NCBI GenBank assembly: GCA_951406725.2
Contig: OX597823.1
Coordinates: forward strand, 102,052,001-102,116,000
Length of the DNA stretch: 64,000 nucleotides
Reading direction: 5' to 3'
Source: Octopus vulgaris
Taxonomy: Eukaryota
The position numbers and the translations under genes were made by a program. The notes beneath the pieces were generated by a model, which saw only the letters and a program-made list of their open reading frames with translations, was not told the DNA's origin and searched no databases. This document shows, piece after piece, positions 26,203-40,548 of this stretch; the first letter of the stretch is position 1; each line of letters starts with the position of its first letter.

Positions 26203-26584
26203 AAAGGTAGCTACAATGTGTGTGTGTGTGTAAATATACCTAGGTATGATAAACTGCATCCGGTAGAGGGGTCCTGGTACGGAAGTCACCAGTGTTTTAA
26301 GGAGTGTGGAACCACCTCTTAGCCACTATTATTCCCAGGTCTACTCTGACCCGGAGCAGTAGCACCTGCCAGGGCCCCCACCTGTAGGTTAATTAGCATG
26401 TGAACTATGTGAACCACTGGGAACGACGGAGCCTAGTTCTCGTTAGAACTTTCTTCTAGGAGAACTTGTGAAAAAAAAACCTGTGGGTTGTAGTTGATTT
26501 CTGGTCATCTCAGCGTCTGTTGTGCCATGGGCTTTACAGCTGATGCCGCTGAGAAGTGGGCTTAATGCTGTGCAACACTTTATC

Positions 26585-26814
26585 CTCTTTTACTCTTTTA
26601 TTTGTTTCAGTCATTTGACTGTGGCTCTGCTGGAGCACCGCATTTTTAGTCGAGCAAATCGACCCCAGGACTTATTGTTTGTAAGCCTAGTACTTATTCT
26701 ATCGGTTTCCTTTTGCCGAACCGCTAGATTACGGGGACATAAACACAACACCATCGGTTGTCAAGCGATGTTGGAGGGACAAACACAGCCACGCAAACAT
26801 ACATACACACACAC

Positions 26815-26887
<73 letters not shown>

Positions 26888-27052
26888 TACGACGGGCTTC
26901 TTTCAGTTTCCGTCTACCAAATCCACTCACAAGGCTTTGGTCGACCCGAGACTATAGTAAAAGACCACTTGCCCAAGGTGCCACGCTGTGGAACTGAACC
27001 CGAAACCATGTGGTTCGTAAGCAAGCTACTTACCACACAGCCACTCCTACGC
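26585..27052 (-). mobile_element. tRNA-derived SINE, family A
   Basis: Homology to family A; expanded internal (TA)n. Confidence 0.9.
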
Positions 27053-27704
27053 CACTCCACTCAAAAAAAAATTCACACGGAGGAATTTCTTGAACTCTTA
27101 AAGGCGGTGAACTACAGAATCGTTAGCAGGTCGTAGAAAATGCTTAGACCTTGCCTTTCAACCTTTCGGGATCGATAAAATAAGTACTAATTAAGCATTG
27201 AGGTCGAAGCAAGGACGTACGTTTCCCTTCAAAACTGCTGGCCTTTTTACTATTACAAAGAAATATTATTGCCTTGTTTTGAATCAGGTGAGGCTAGACA
27301 TACGAGATGATAGGGAAGCTGTTTATGTTTATCAATGATTAATCATGTAACTAACGAACACTTAACATTAGATGCTTATGAATTATGGACATTAGTCCAT
27401 CCTCTTCGTTCGTTGCATGTTGCTATTCATTGAGTTTCGTTTAAAATAAACACGAGATACCACTTTTTGCAAAATGGATTTTCTTTTGCATAGAAATAAA
27501 GTCACTACAATTTATCCCCCCAAAATTGTACGTATAGAGTGAATTCGCAATCTACTAATTGCAGTTTATTGATAGGGAAAAAACTCATATCGTGAGAGGA
27601 CTGGGAACTTGTTAGCTGGGGTGAGAGAATAATTAGTCCATCACCTAGGAGTATGGATAGTAAATGAGATGTTTTTTCCTTATTAAAACTATGAAATGAT
27701 GAAT

Positions 27705-28108
27705 ACGCAGGAAAGGCTGTGTGGTAAGTAGCTTGCTAACCAACCACATGGTTCAGTCCCACTGCGTGGCATCTTGGGCAAGTGTCTTCTGCTATAGCCC
27801 CGGGCCGACCAATGCCTTGTGAGTGGATTTGGTAGACGAAACTGAAAGAAGCCTGTCGTATATATGTATATATATATATAAGTGTGTGTGTATATGTTTG
27901 TGTGTCTCTGTTTGTCCCCCTAGCATTGCTTGACAACCGATGCTAGTGTGTTTACGTCCCCGTCACTTAGCGGTTCGGCAAAAGAGAACGATAGAATAAG
28001 TACTGGGCTTACAAAGAATAAGTCCCGGGGTCGATTTGCTCGACTGAAGGCGGTGCTCCAGCATGGCCGCAGTCAAATGACTGAAACAAGTAAAAGAGTA
28101 AAAGAGAG
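27705..28108 (+). mobile_element. tRNA-derived SINE, family A
   Basis: Homology to family A. Confidence 0.9.
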
Positions 28109-28284
28109 TATACAAATTGTTCTCTATGAAAAGGGAAATAATTACAACATTGTTGCGTTACAGTATAAAATTATGTTAATAATGTTCAGTTATTTTATTG
28201 TATCCCAGGAAAGTCATCGTGCCAAATATATACACACTCACTGGTTCTATTTCACTTCTTTTATTATTATTATTATTATTATTA

Positions 28285-28340
<56 letters not shown>

Positions 28341-28617
28341 AACAACAACAATAACAATAATAAATTAGTTAACATTTAACCACTTAACTAATCAATTGGT
28401 TGACAGCCATATCTGTCAAAGTTTGTAAAACGATTAATCAAACAATCAGCTAGTTAACTGGTTAACTAGTTGACTAATAATAATAAAAGAAGTGATATTG
28501 AACCTGTGCGTGTGTCGTTATTGTTGGTATAATGACCCTTCCAAGACACGACAAGATTTATTTCAACACACAAATTCACAAACCAAATACAAAAACCAAG
28601 TACGTTTGTTACTAGTT

Positions 28618-29080
28618 GTGTACTTCTGTATGAAATCTTATATTACTCTATGAAAATATGTATTACAATATGATGTGTGTTATTTTATCAAGTTATGCAC
28701 TAACGTATGGAGTAATGTGTCATTGTATGAAATTATTTATTATTGTATGACACTGTCCAGCACTGTATGAAGTGATGTATTACAATATAAAACTATGTGC
28801 TCCTGTACGAAATTACACTATGGATGTAGTAGCTAAGTGTTACCGTGTCAGCTTGGATGTGATAGAAAAGTAGTGTGCGTTAGTATAGAATGTTTTGTCC
28901 AACAGTAAATGACTGTGCGTTACTGTATGGATGTTATGTATTGCACTGAGAAGTTGTGTGTCATTGCATGAAGGTGTGTCATTGTAGGATGCTGGGTGTT
29001 GTGTTTGAAGCAGGATGCCGAACATTCTGTTACTGTATGTGTTTATATATCATGCGCATTATTGCATGAAGTGTACAGTA
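28618..29080. repeat. Degenerate ~20-bp-period minisatellite
   Basis: Successive units such as tgtgtcattgtatgaaatta / tttattattgtatgacactg / tccagcactgtatgaagtga / tgtattacaatataaaacta. Confidence 0.7.
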
Positions 29081-29083
29081 TAG

Positions 29084-29469
29084 GTGGAGGCGCAATGGCC
29101 CAATGGTTAGGGCAGCGGACTCGCGGTCATAGGATCGCGGTTTCGATTCCCAGACCGGGCGTTGTGAGTGTTTATTGAGCGAAAACACCTAAAGCTCCAC
29201 GAGGCTCCGGCAGAGGGTGGTGGTGATCCCTGCTGTACTCTTTCACCACAACTTTCTCTCACTCTTACTTCCTGTTTCTGTTGTACCTGTATTTCAAAGG
29301 GCCGGCCTTGCCACTCTCTGTGTCACGCTGAATATCCCCGAGAACTACGTTAAGGGTGCACGTGTCTGTGGAGTGCTCAGCCACTTACACGTTAATTTCC
29401 CGAGCAGGCTGTTCCGTTGATTCGGATCAACCGGAACCCTCATCGTCGTAACCGACGGAGTACTTCCAC
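29084..29469 (+). mobile_element. tRNA-derived SINE, family C, with 9-bp target-site duplication
   Basis: tRNA-like head (tggcccaatggttagggcagcggactcgcgg...gtttcgattccc); ACAGTATAG repeated at 29075-29083 and 29470-29478; 3' half shared with 40546-40866. Confidence 0.85.
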
Positions 29470-32400
29470 ACAGTATAGTTATATATTACCGCATGTATTA
29501 GCGTGTAATACACGATGTAATTATGCAGTCGTGTTTTACTGTAGGTATTTTCATATTACAGCATGAAGCTATACAATACAATATTGTTGTTGTTGTTGTC
29601 GTCGTTGTTTAAGCTTCAGTCATCCTTATCGGGCAGACTGTTGCAATCAAAAAAAAAAAGTCAAAGGTAAAAATGCTTGTTCGAAAATCTCTCTAAGAGA
29701 TCAACACAGTAGTTGTATTAACAAGTAATATTCAAAGCCCGTATTCATTCGTTACTTTTTTCGGACCTAGAATTCAATGTGTTCTTCGTTTTTATTTTAA
29801 GTCAATAGGACGCTTATATGAGAGAAGGAGAGCGAGAGAGACAGAGAGAGACAGGCAGAGACAGAGAGAAAGACACACACACACACACACACACAGACAG
29901 AGACAGGAATAAAAAGAGATTTAGCTGCTATTTCTAGAGACCACAAAGGACCCCTATCATTGGCTTCACATGAGAAATTGTATGTTACAATATTAAGTCA
30001 CCATTTTGCAAAGAAATCGTGTATTACAATAACAAGAAACCATTGACATCATTTAAGAGAAACATGGGAAATCTTCATGACTTACGTAGCTCGATGCAAT
30101 ACAGTCGTACCACTTGTAAATTAGAACACTGCAGGCTTGAAATGGATTGGACGAATGCAGAGAGCGAAATAGTTGTTTCTAGAAACCTGTTTTATAAGGA
30201 GATTCTCATCCACTTGAATGAGCCAAACAAGCGAGAAGTTCCACAGAAAGTGAACAGAAACAAGGAAACATTTATAAGCAGTTTTAATGCTTAGAGGTCA
30301 ATTGTCTTCAAAAGAGGTCAATTGTTATAACTAAAGACCAATTGTTATCCGGTTTAACATCAGCACCTGACACTTTGGGAGCTTTTGGCGTAGTCCGCTG
30401 TTCCATGTATTCAGGCCGGATTTCCTAGTTGAGGTTACATTCGTCTTTCCGCCTCTCTCAATGCCCCTGTAAATGGTCGTGGACAGCGCCTTCTTCCCTG
30501 ATTAAAAACTGTTATAACTTTATATCATTTGTTTTACTATAAGGAGCTTTTATGTGATTAATCGACCGACTAGATATGGCAGCTGAATACCTTTCAAATC
30601 ATACTATATTGTCTTGAACAAAAAAAAAGCAGCATTAAGTAGCCTTACCCCTACACACCCCTGAAACGGCCGTAATGTTCACAACTGTCAACTACTAAGC
30701 ATAGTCATCAACTATAGGCCAGTTGCTATAACTATTGAACAATGCTAAATTCGATAGCTAAAATGCAGTGATTTCAAGTTTTTCGGCATCATTGTACAAT
30801 GAAGATCAAGTAAAAATTACAGGCGAAATTCGCAAAGAATGTTAAACAAAACTGTACGTTAAAACTAAAATTAGAGAAAAAGTATGAACAAAACTATTGC
30901 TCACCCTATCAATCATAACTGTGCATGAGAATCTCATGAATAACTCATTTTCCAAGATCTTCAAGCATGAGTATAGATCTTACAAAGCCTTAAATTATAT
31001 TTTGAAAAATCTACGTAACACGCTTAGATGCATCTTGTGCCGAACTGTTTTTAACTTAACGTCAATTAATATAACCAAATGACGTTATAACGTGATTAGT
31101 AAAGTAAAGATTAGTTTAAACAACGTTGACCCTAACAAAACGTGTTGTTGAACAGAAGGAAATTTTGAGAGACGTATAATGAACATATCTTGATGGCTAG
31201 ACAACATTGAAAAAAGAAATGAATCACTTTAAAATAGTGTCATAAAAACGCACAAGGCTGTAAATTGGGAGTGACCGATTGTATTACCTCCAGTTCCAGA
31301 CAGAATGACAAAAGGCAAAGTCGATCTTGACGAGGTTTGAACCCAAAACATATAGAAAAACGACGACTAAAAAATGAAACGTACATTCTTCCAATCCATC
31401 GCCTACCACCTCTCACTGACTGTATGATGAGACCAGAGTAATGTGTTCCAGTGTTGCAATCCATCCTAAACTCGAACGTAATATCTACTATGTTGTTGAA
31501 ATGTTATGAAGACAGTGCAGTCATTGTCAAACCGGCTGATTCTACGGCTTCCGATGAATACGTTGCGCTATTATTTGTTCCAGGTTTCTGCATTTTGACT
31601 TCAAATTCAGTCAAGATAAACTTTACTTTCCATTCTTTTGAGGTAGATAAATAAAAACCAACCAAGTACTTTCATCTTCTCTCTCCCTCTCTCTCACCTT
31701 CTCCTTCTCCTCTCTCTCACCCTTTCCCTCCCCTCTCTCACATCTTCTCTCCCTTTCTCTCATTCTCTCTCCCTCTCCTTTCTTTCTTCTCTTAAGCAGA
31801 AATCGATTCAAAAAGGACGGTCTCTGCCAAGGTTAGACACCCAAGACACTCTATTTGTCACAACGGTGCTCATACGACTCCATGAGAAGTTTAAGATCCA
31901 AGGTGAAGCAATCCATAACAATACTGAGATCGTTTGTTTCTTTTGTAGTGATGTTTTCTCCTGTGTCAGAATTCCACACTTAACTGATCGCCAGAAATAT
32001 AAACCGACTACACAAAAGCATATTACAGATAATGCAAAAACTAGACTCAAATAATGTTGAAAGTGTCATTCAACACTTGAATCCGATAAAGATGTTTTCA
32101 CGAAAATATATAGAAATGGATTTGGGTTGGGATAATTGCTGGTTTTGATAGTTAACGAAAGCAGAATCATGAGTCAGACAATTACAACCAATTGTACAGT
32201 TATTTTCCTCGACCTCAATTCCAAGTGTTATAAGTATTTCGGATTTGACAGGAAAAATTGTAGGACGATAAAAGTACTTCAACGAGTTTCCGATTTTAAC
32301 AGTCGACGAGAATTTCTTTCAATGAATTCCATATCCCACAAGACTTCTCGGTGGTAGTGGTGTTATCGACATTTGTGACATTACGCTACATGCTTGAAGA

Positions 32401-33418
32401 AACTAACAAGTAAAAAAACACCGTTTTTGCTGACTGCCCATCACCCCCACCCCCACCCCAATTGCTTTACGAATTCTCAAGCCTAGCAAACACTATTTTT
32501 GTCGAGTGCCGAACGATTCGTTTTTGCCTTCGATATGATGCGAGATCTGAGCTCTGAGAGCACAGGGCTGAAGCGGATACTGTAAAAAGGCTTGCTAACC
32601 CACCATTCCGAACTAGTATTTTAAGGACAAATAAAAGATGAAAAGCGAAATAGGCCAAGATGGGATTTGAACTCAGAAAGCCGAAGCAGATACCGCAATG
32701 CATTTTAACGGATGCTCTAACGACTCTGCTAATTCAACTCCATAATGCTCTCCCCAATGTCTCCATAATAATCGTGACAAACTCACTCAATCGTGCTCCA
32801 TGAATCCAGAAACCCCCATCTTCGTACACAGGCAATGCGAAAACAACTTTCAGCTTAGCAACACTAAAAGCAGATCAATTAGTTTCATTCTCTTTAGATG
32901 CTGAGCAAGTGAGGGATAGTGAATTTATGACTTTCTCAAAGAAAAGGAACTGACAACTTTAACGAAAGTTGTACTGCCAGTTCGTTTGTCTACGACCCTG
33001 AGGTCAAATATTTTCAATAGCCATTAGATCTTTAAATAACGTGAAGCTGAAATAACCACACGATAAAAACAGTCAGTTGTAAAAACCATTAAAGAGTAAG
33101 GCCACCACTTAAAAGTCTCTTGTTCAAGTAGAGATTCTAGGAAAATCCAGTCTAACAGAGATCATGGGGGATTGAGTGTATAAAAAGGGAAAAAAATGGG
33201 GTGTTGTGATGCTTATACTTTTCCCTAGATAATTAGTAGCCTAACTAAAGTGGATTAGCTTCATCAAGGTAGGGGTGTGGGTATTAAAAGGGATGTCTGT
33301 AAGGTATGTATATTCATTATGTGTGTATAATATATATATATTCAAGATGCAATATATTGAAGTTATATACGTTATGTATATGTGTTTATAACATAAATAT
33401 GCACTCGCACATATACAT

Positions 33419-33460
<42 letters not shown>

Positions 33461-33758
33461 TTGGTAAACTACTACATGTCACGTGACAGCCACATACTTG
33501 GACATCTGTTATCAGCATCAATCATTACTGATATAGAAACTTGAATGAGAGAACAGACAGCGTAGGAAATGTCACGAGCAAGTTACGTGTGTGACTGCAA
33601 CCACATCACCACCGCTACCACAACCACCAATACTACCATCATCACCACAACAATTACCACTACCATCAACACAACACCAAGCGATGAAGAAAGATAAGAA
33701 CATGTGCACGTGTATACAGGGTGCAGTGAATAAACTGTCGTCTAAATTACGCAAAAAT

Positions 33759-33820
<62 letters not shown>

Positions 33821-34550
33821 CACCTATGCATATATGTAATATGTATGTAGTATGGGCGCACCCAACCACACAGATATATATCCAAATGTTTTCAACAATT
33901 TCGTAAAGAAAGAAACTTCTGCGTACCACAATGTCGGTCAAAGATTGAAGTCAATGACGTAACCAGAGTGTACCGCTGCCCGGGGCAGCCCTTGAGAATG
34001 TCGACACCCCGTGAGCCTCCGCAAGTCTTATACAGACTTATACAGCAGACCCAAAGTGTTTGTCGGGGCGGGCAGCCCCTTCTCCATCGCTCCATGTCCC
34101 AACTACGCAACTGTTTGGAGGACGTGTTGGTGTACAACAAATAACACACACAAACACACTTAATACACATTCATAAAATGGCCTTTTGCAGTTTCCAATC
34201 AACCAATTTCAACTCACATGATATTGATCAATCTTAGTTTGTGATAAAAGGAATAAAAGAGAAAAAAAATCAGTTTGGCAAACAGCGAGAACGAACACAG
34301 AACCTCACAATTGCGGAGAGAATGTCTTAGCTACGTAGCCGTTGGGTTGCACAGCTTCAATTTCTCATAAGTCGAACCATCACACAAAAGCCCCACACGT
34401 TAACAGGTTTTGTTATTTATACTTGACATTGGCGTAGGTGGACTGGAGTTTGAATCAAGTCGTTAAATGGTGTCATACAACTATTGACGTAATACCAGTC
34501 ACAGTTTCATGGGACTCTTGTCTGTTTTTGCTCACTTACATATATATATA

Positions 34551-34707
<157 letters not shown>

Positions 34708-35198
34708 ATATTTACACGTATACATATAGATATACATGTGTGTGTATAGGTGTGTATGCATGTATATATTTGTACACACACCTATGTATGTATGTATGTA
34801 GTATGCATGTGTATACATTTAAAGAGTCTTAGCACTTTGTCTATTGGACTGAAAATGTGCCAAAAGAAACCATTGGGTCGTCCTCCTCTCCCTTTTGGCA
34901 ATGACTTGCTTAAACTTGCATCGTCTGGTTTCTGAGTTTCTTTTTCTTCTTTTATTTTTTTGCTTTGATTATATATTTGCATATATGTAGAAATACGCGC
35001 GCACACACGCACACAGACATTCACTCACATATGTATATTTATATATATAAATATTTATTTATTCATGTGTGCGCGAGTGTGCATGTGTATATGTATGTTT
35101 ATGATTGTGCATGTGTATATGTATGTGTATTATAGTAATATATACGGGTTTATTAGTCTTAGAAATGTGTGCAACTTACGAGCAGTCTGTCTAATCTA

Positions 35199-35251
<53 letters not shown>

Positions 35252-35314
35252 CATATATATTTATACATATATATTTATATATACATATATATATATATAC
35301 ATATATATATATAC

Positions 35315-35469
<155 letters not shown>

Positions 35470-35631
35470 GCGGTTGTATACTGTCAACTTAACGTGACAG
35501 TCCCATAAAGGGAATCACACCACCGCTATTTAGCCCTAGGAAGCATCGATGCTTCCTGTCGGCCTTGACACATTTCCTGTGTCCTTATATTTGCGAAGGG
35601 GAGACAAGCAGCCCCAACAGCTAAGCCTGCA

Positions 35632-35678
35632 TCTAGAGACATGCCTGTTTCTGAGTCTTTGCTCATCATCAGTCTGGA
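35632..35678 (-). ncRNA. Type-I hammerhead ribozyme motif, apparently intact core
   Basis: Minus strand: tccaga-CTGATGA-tgag caaaga ctca-GAAA-ca ggca t-GTC-tctaga. Stems I, II and III all pair; GUC cleavage triplet. Confidence 0.8.
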
Positions 35679-37405
35679 GTAGCAAGGCCTGCTAGCTGAA
35701 GATACTTGTCTAGGCTTCGTAAATATATATATATTCTCAGTGAAGTTTAATCACTGATCACCAAAATTAGAAATATTAAATTTCTAAATACCAAATTCCC
35801 TCAGAATGCAGTGGTCGGCTTGCGGCTATAGTAGAAGACACTCGCGCAAGGTACTGGGAAGTGGGACTGAAAACGAAACCACGTGGTTACAAAGTAAAAT
35901 TTCTTAACCATACAACGATGCCTTTGCCTATAAACTGTAAAAGGAACATGTCTCAGTCATGAGAGAGGAATTGAAGTTTAACTGCCAAAACTGAACCGAA
36001 AATGTTAAAGATTCGCTTTTGAACTCAATCAAGAAGAGAAGGAAAGGACCAGCCTAGATGTGACAACAATATCCGATAGTGGGGCGAATAAGAGACTTAT
36101 AAAGATGAAGGACATATTCGGAAGTAAGATAATGATGAGCACGTTATCGAAAATAATTTTAGAAAGCCAGCTTTCGATTGTCTTCGACTTCGTTCCATAG
36201 TTAAAGTAGTTTGAAGTCTCGAACACACATACGACGATAGTTAGAGACCAGTTGAATAATATTACGGATTGACTAGATATACATGTCGCTCACGATGGAG
36301 CATCCATTCGGGTGTGGGAGAAACAGGGGATATTAACGGACCAATGAGGAAGCTTATATGTATACTCGTGATCTGCCATAATACCAGCCGATCCTCCTCA
36401 TATCTCACCAACCATTTTTACAATAGAAAGATATACTAGGCAATCTAATCCTAAATGCACCCAGTCTGAAAAGAAAGAGATGTTCACGACTTGAATGGCT
36501 AGGATCTCAAATATAATTAACCAAAACCAGCAAAATGTAAAAGCAAAATGCAAATTTGAACTCATGTTCAGGAAGTCTAACCACCTTGACATTTCGTCTG
36601 ACATAATTTGCAGTGATTATTGTAGTTAGAAAACTATATCATAGTAACTTGATAAAAAAAAATTACGTGTTTTTCATTTCATAATGTCCTTTTTTGCGCG
36701 ATTTTAATAATGCTTCGTACATTGAGTATGATAACACTAACTAAATTATTGTTTCTGACATGAATGGTGTCTCTGAGTAATTTCTCCTCAAAATTTATTC
36801 CCTTAACTATTTTAATTTGTAGAAGTGTGAAAATATTGCACGCTTAGTTAGTGATTCTCTCGTTATTACTGCGGCAAATGCAGTGAAGTATATGCCTCCA
36901 CGAAAATGTCTAAGTTCGAAGACCGAAACAACTCCTGAGTAATCTCCCGTATTTTACGGAATAATTAAATCATCGCTACTCACTAAATAACATTGTCTTT
37001 TCATCATCGCGAAATTATTTCTAATTATTTTTCTGATGATCTCTGCAATAAATATGTTGGCTCAAACTTTTCTTCGGCTGTTCCTTAATTCATGCTTTGT
37101 CATTTAAACAGAAAAGGATAATATTTATCTCTCACTAAAACTGGATGGTGTGTTCGAACACGGAGTGCTGCGTTATCTACCATGAGAGGACCTCTCGTAT
37201 GGGCTTGTGGTGCGTATAAAGCACTTGTGTTTATATCGCTGATGGGCGAAAATCATCGGCTGCGGTTGCCGGTTTCAGTCTTTGTGACATCTTCAACTTA
37301 GAGTAAAGCATGTAAAACAATTAAATTGAGTAAAAATTAAATGAAATGTTTTTTTTTAAAAATATTTCCATAGTTTTCAAATACAAGGGACATTTTCCTT
37401 TTTCC

Positions 37406-37462
<57 letters not shown>

Positions 37463-37574
37463 TTTTGTGAAGGCTTGGTAGTAGGTGGTAGTAGATCTAA
37501 AAGAATATTTGATATGAGGGATGTGGGTACTTGGTTTTGATTGTTTAAGCAGCAGTAGTCGAAGAATGAGACGG

Positions 37575-37781
37575 CGAAGAAGAAGAAGGAGGAGAAGAAG
37601 AAGAAGAACAAGAACAAGAAGAAGAAGAACAAGAACAAGAAGAAGAAGAACAAGAACAAGAACAAGAACAAGAACAAGAAGAAGAAGAAGAAGAAGAAGA
37701 AGAAGAAGAAGAAGGAGAAGAAGAAGAAGAAGAAGAAGAAGAAGAAGAAGAAGAAGAAGAAGAAGAAGAAGAAGAAGAAGA
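37575..37781. repeat. (AAG)n/(AAGAAC)n microsatellite
   Basis: Direct reading. Confidence 0.97.
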
Positions 37782-39180
37782 AACGACGGGCTTCTTTCAG
37801 TTTCCGTTTATCAAATCCACTTGGTCAGCCCCGGGACTATAACAGAAAACACTTGCCCAATGCCCCACGCAACACGACTGATTCAGAAACAATGCCTGCG
37901 CCTAAGCGACGCGTCAGTGGCGACAACCTGGGCAGCCAGATGGAGTGGCGAAACTTCGGGGCAGTGGTAGACATCGTCCGCACACCGGTTTTATATCATG
38001 AAAAGTGTTTAAAAGATTAGAAAATTCATTGTTGGTACGTAACAAAATTATGGCACTCAGACATTAGTATGGATTTGCTAAAGTTTTAAATTACATTTTC
38101 AAGATCTGTGAGATGCTCAGCTAATTTCTTGCTGCGACCTATTTGTAAAATCATTGCTTTTACTCATCTCATCGGAAAGCTAGTGATGTAAGGGAGATAA
38201 CTTTATATTAACTTCGTTTTGGGATTTGGTTTGCAAGATTCTTTATATGAGTTTGTGTGTTGAAGCATATTCTGTTGTGTCTGGGGAGAGTCATTTTGTT
38301 TTTGTGCCTCATTATGTAACACACTCACCGGTAAAATATCCACTTATTTTATATTAACCAGTATTAGAGAAAACATTTTTTGTCAAATATGGAATTGTGA
38401 AGTATGCGTTGATGTTATTACAGAAGGAGGGGGAGTTCGAGAAAGACAGACAGACCGACCATAAGGCGATACCTCATGATATCTGTAATCTATTAAGCAT
38501 GTCGAGTTGATGCTAAATTTACTGTTGGCATAGGTTTTATGCAAAACTGAACTGAGCTAATCAAGGAAAGTAACTGAGCTGTACTTTTATAGTTTGAATA
38601 AGGTTATAGCCTGTATTGCAATCAAAACAACTCGTAATTCCCAAGAAAAAAGTAGTAAGAAATTCTAGGGAGAGATGAACGACACTAAATCCTCTGAGAA
38701 GACACCCTCTTCATGCAAGTGTTTTGGTCCTTCATTCCTTACATCTATAGGAATGCCAGGCAGCATCCATGCTGTCGAGAGATGACTTCGGGCACGTTTA
38801 TTTATGCTTGGCTGACTGAATGAAGTGAAGTCTTCCGAGTCCTGAGACCAGTGCTCATGAACCAATTTCAGAAACATTTATTTCACTGAAGTGTAAGTTT
38901 AATAACAGACAATACAGCAATGGAAGCACATGAATTGAATGCGTTTGCTACAATGTAATGTAAATAACGATGCTCCGTGCAGGGTGGTCATAAATTACCT
39001 TTAGAATACGAAAAATTCAGAAGAAAATGAAAGATAAGGACAAATCTGCAGAGTATGTGGAAGTGTCCTTATATAAACTTTATTTGTTTGTCTATGTTTT
39101 CCAATAAACTCTGCTGAGCTATCTTTATTTTTCAATTATGTTTTTCTGAATTTTTCAAATTGTATGCACAATTGATGGAC
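37782..39180 (+). repeat. Source copy of ~1.4-kb inverted duplication
   Basis: Reverse complement of ~47752-49150; only a handful of differences seen; identical 70-aa ORFs at 38665-38877 (-) and 48056-48268 (+). Confidence 0.95.
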
Positions 39181-39807
39181 ACGCTGTACATCTTGATTCA
39201 ATTTCTTAAATCTTACTTACACAATTTTCTCAGTCAAAAGATGAAGCATCTAACTTTTCTACATTTTAACTCTTATATTTGTTTCAGACGTTCGACTGTT
39301 GCCATACTGGGGCACTCTTTGAAGAGTTTATTCGGACAAAAACGCCGCAGTCTATTTTTTTTTCTTCATTGAGTTTAGTAATTATTCTGTCGCACTCTTT
39401 TTTGTCAAATCGCTAAGTTACATAAGCCACCACCGGTTGTCAAGAGTTAGTGGGTATCACAAAGTCACACGTACATACATACATACATACATACATACAT
39501 ACATACATACATACATACACACACACACACGCACACACACACACACACACATACAAACATGCGCGCATGTATATATATATATGCGTGTATGTATATATAT
39601 ACATCTCTTGAGCACCACCAGCAAAAATATTTTTTCCTCTGTCTTCCCTTCTTGGGATCTCTCCTTCTTGTTTCCGACGAAGATCTCCGCTCGAAACGTT
39701 AAACCCTCCTTCCCTTCTTTCCTGAGCGTCAATAATACTTTAATTGTTCCACGTCCTCGCGTTGCTGTGTTTTTTTCTCTTTTTTCTGTGTTTTCTTGTT
39801 TGGATTA

Positions 39808-39894
<87 letters not shown>

Positions 39895-39896
<2 letters not shown>

Positions 39897-40471
39897 CATC
39901 ATCATCGTTTAACGTCCGTTTTCCGCGCTAGCACGGGTTGGACGGTTCGACCGGGGTCTGGGAAGCCAGGAGCTGCTCCAGGCTCCAGTCTGATCTGGCA
40001 GAGTTTCTACGGCTTGATGCCCTTCCTAACGCCAACCACTCCGCGAGTGTAGTGGGTGCTTTTTACGTGCCACCTGCACAGGTGCCAGGGGGGGGGGCGG
40101 CATCGGTCACGATCGGTTCGAGCTTTTAACGTGCCAGCGGCACGGAAGCCAGCCAAGGCGGCGCTGGCATCGGCCACGTTCGGATAGTGCTTTTTATGTG
40201 CCACCGGCACAGGCATCATAACTACTATTTCCATTGATATTTATTTCGACGTTCATGTTCATGTACTTAACTCAACAGGTCTCCTCAAGCACAGCGGGAC
40301 GATCTGGGATCCGGGGTACTTTGAATGGGCAGGGGCTATGCGGAACTGATGCAGGAAGCAGCCCGGGTCTTTGCAGTCACAGCATATCTCCAGAGATCTC
40401 GGTCCTTCGCCATTGCCTCAGTGAGGCCCAACGCTCTGAGGTCATGCTTGACTACCTCATCCCATGTCTTC

Positions 40472-40473
<2 letters not shown>
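39895..40473 (-). mobile_element. RTE-clade LINE 3' fragment
   Basis: C-terminal RKTWDEVVKHDLRALGLTEAMAKDRDLWRYAV, then a 3' UTR and short (GAT)n tail, typical of RTE 3' ends. Confidence 0.75.

Positions 40474-40545
<72 letters not shown>

Positions 40546-40548
<3 letters not shown>

Noticed and set aside
28618-29080. CRISPR-like array
   Set aside because: Eukaryotic context; contiguous degenerate units with no unique spacers and no cas genes.
29086-29160. tRNA gene (also 49780-49853)
   Set aside because: tRNA-like SINE head; no proper acceptor stem or Pol III terminator; at 29086 it continues into a SINE body with TSD.
37521-37970. Poly-Arg (protamine-like) ORF and the poly-Lys/Phe ORFs at 48912-49863
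   Set aside because: Translations of (AAG)n/(TTC)n microsatellites running into SINE sequence.
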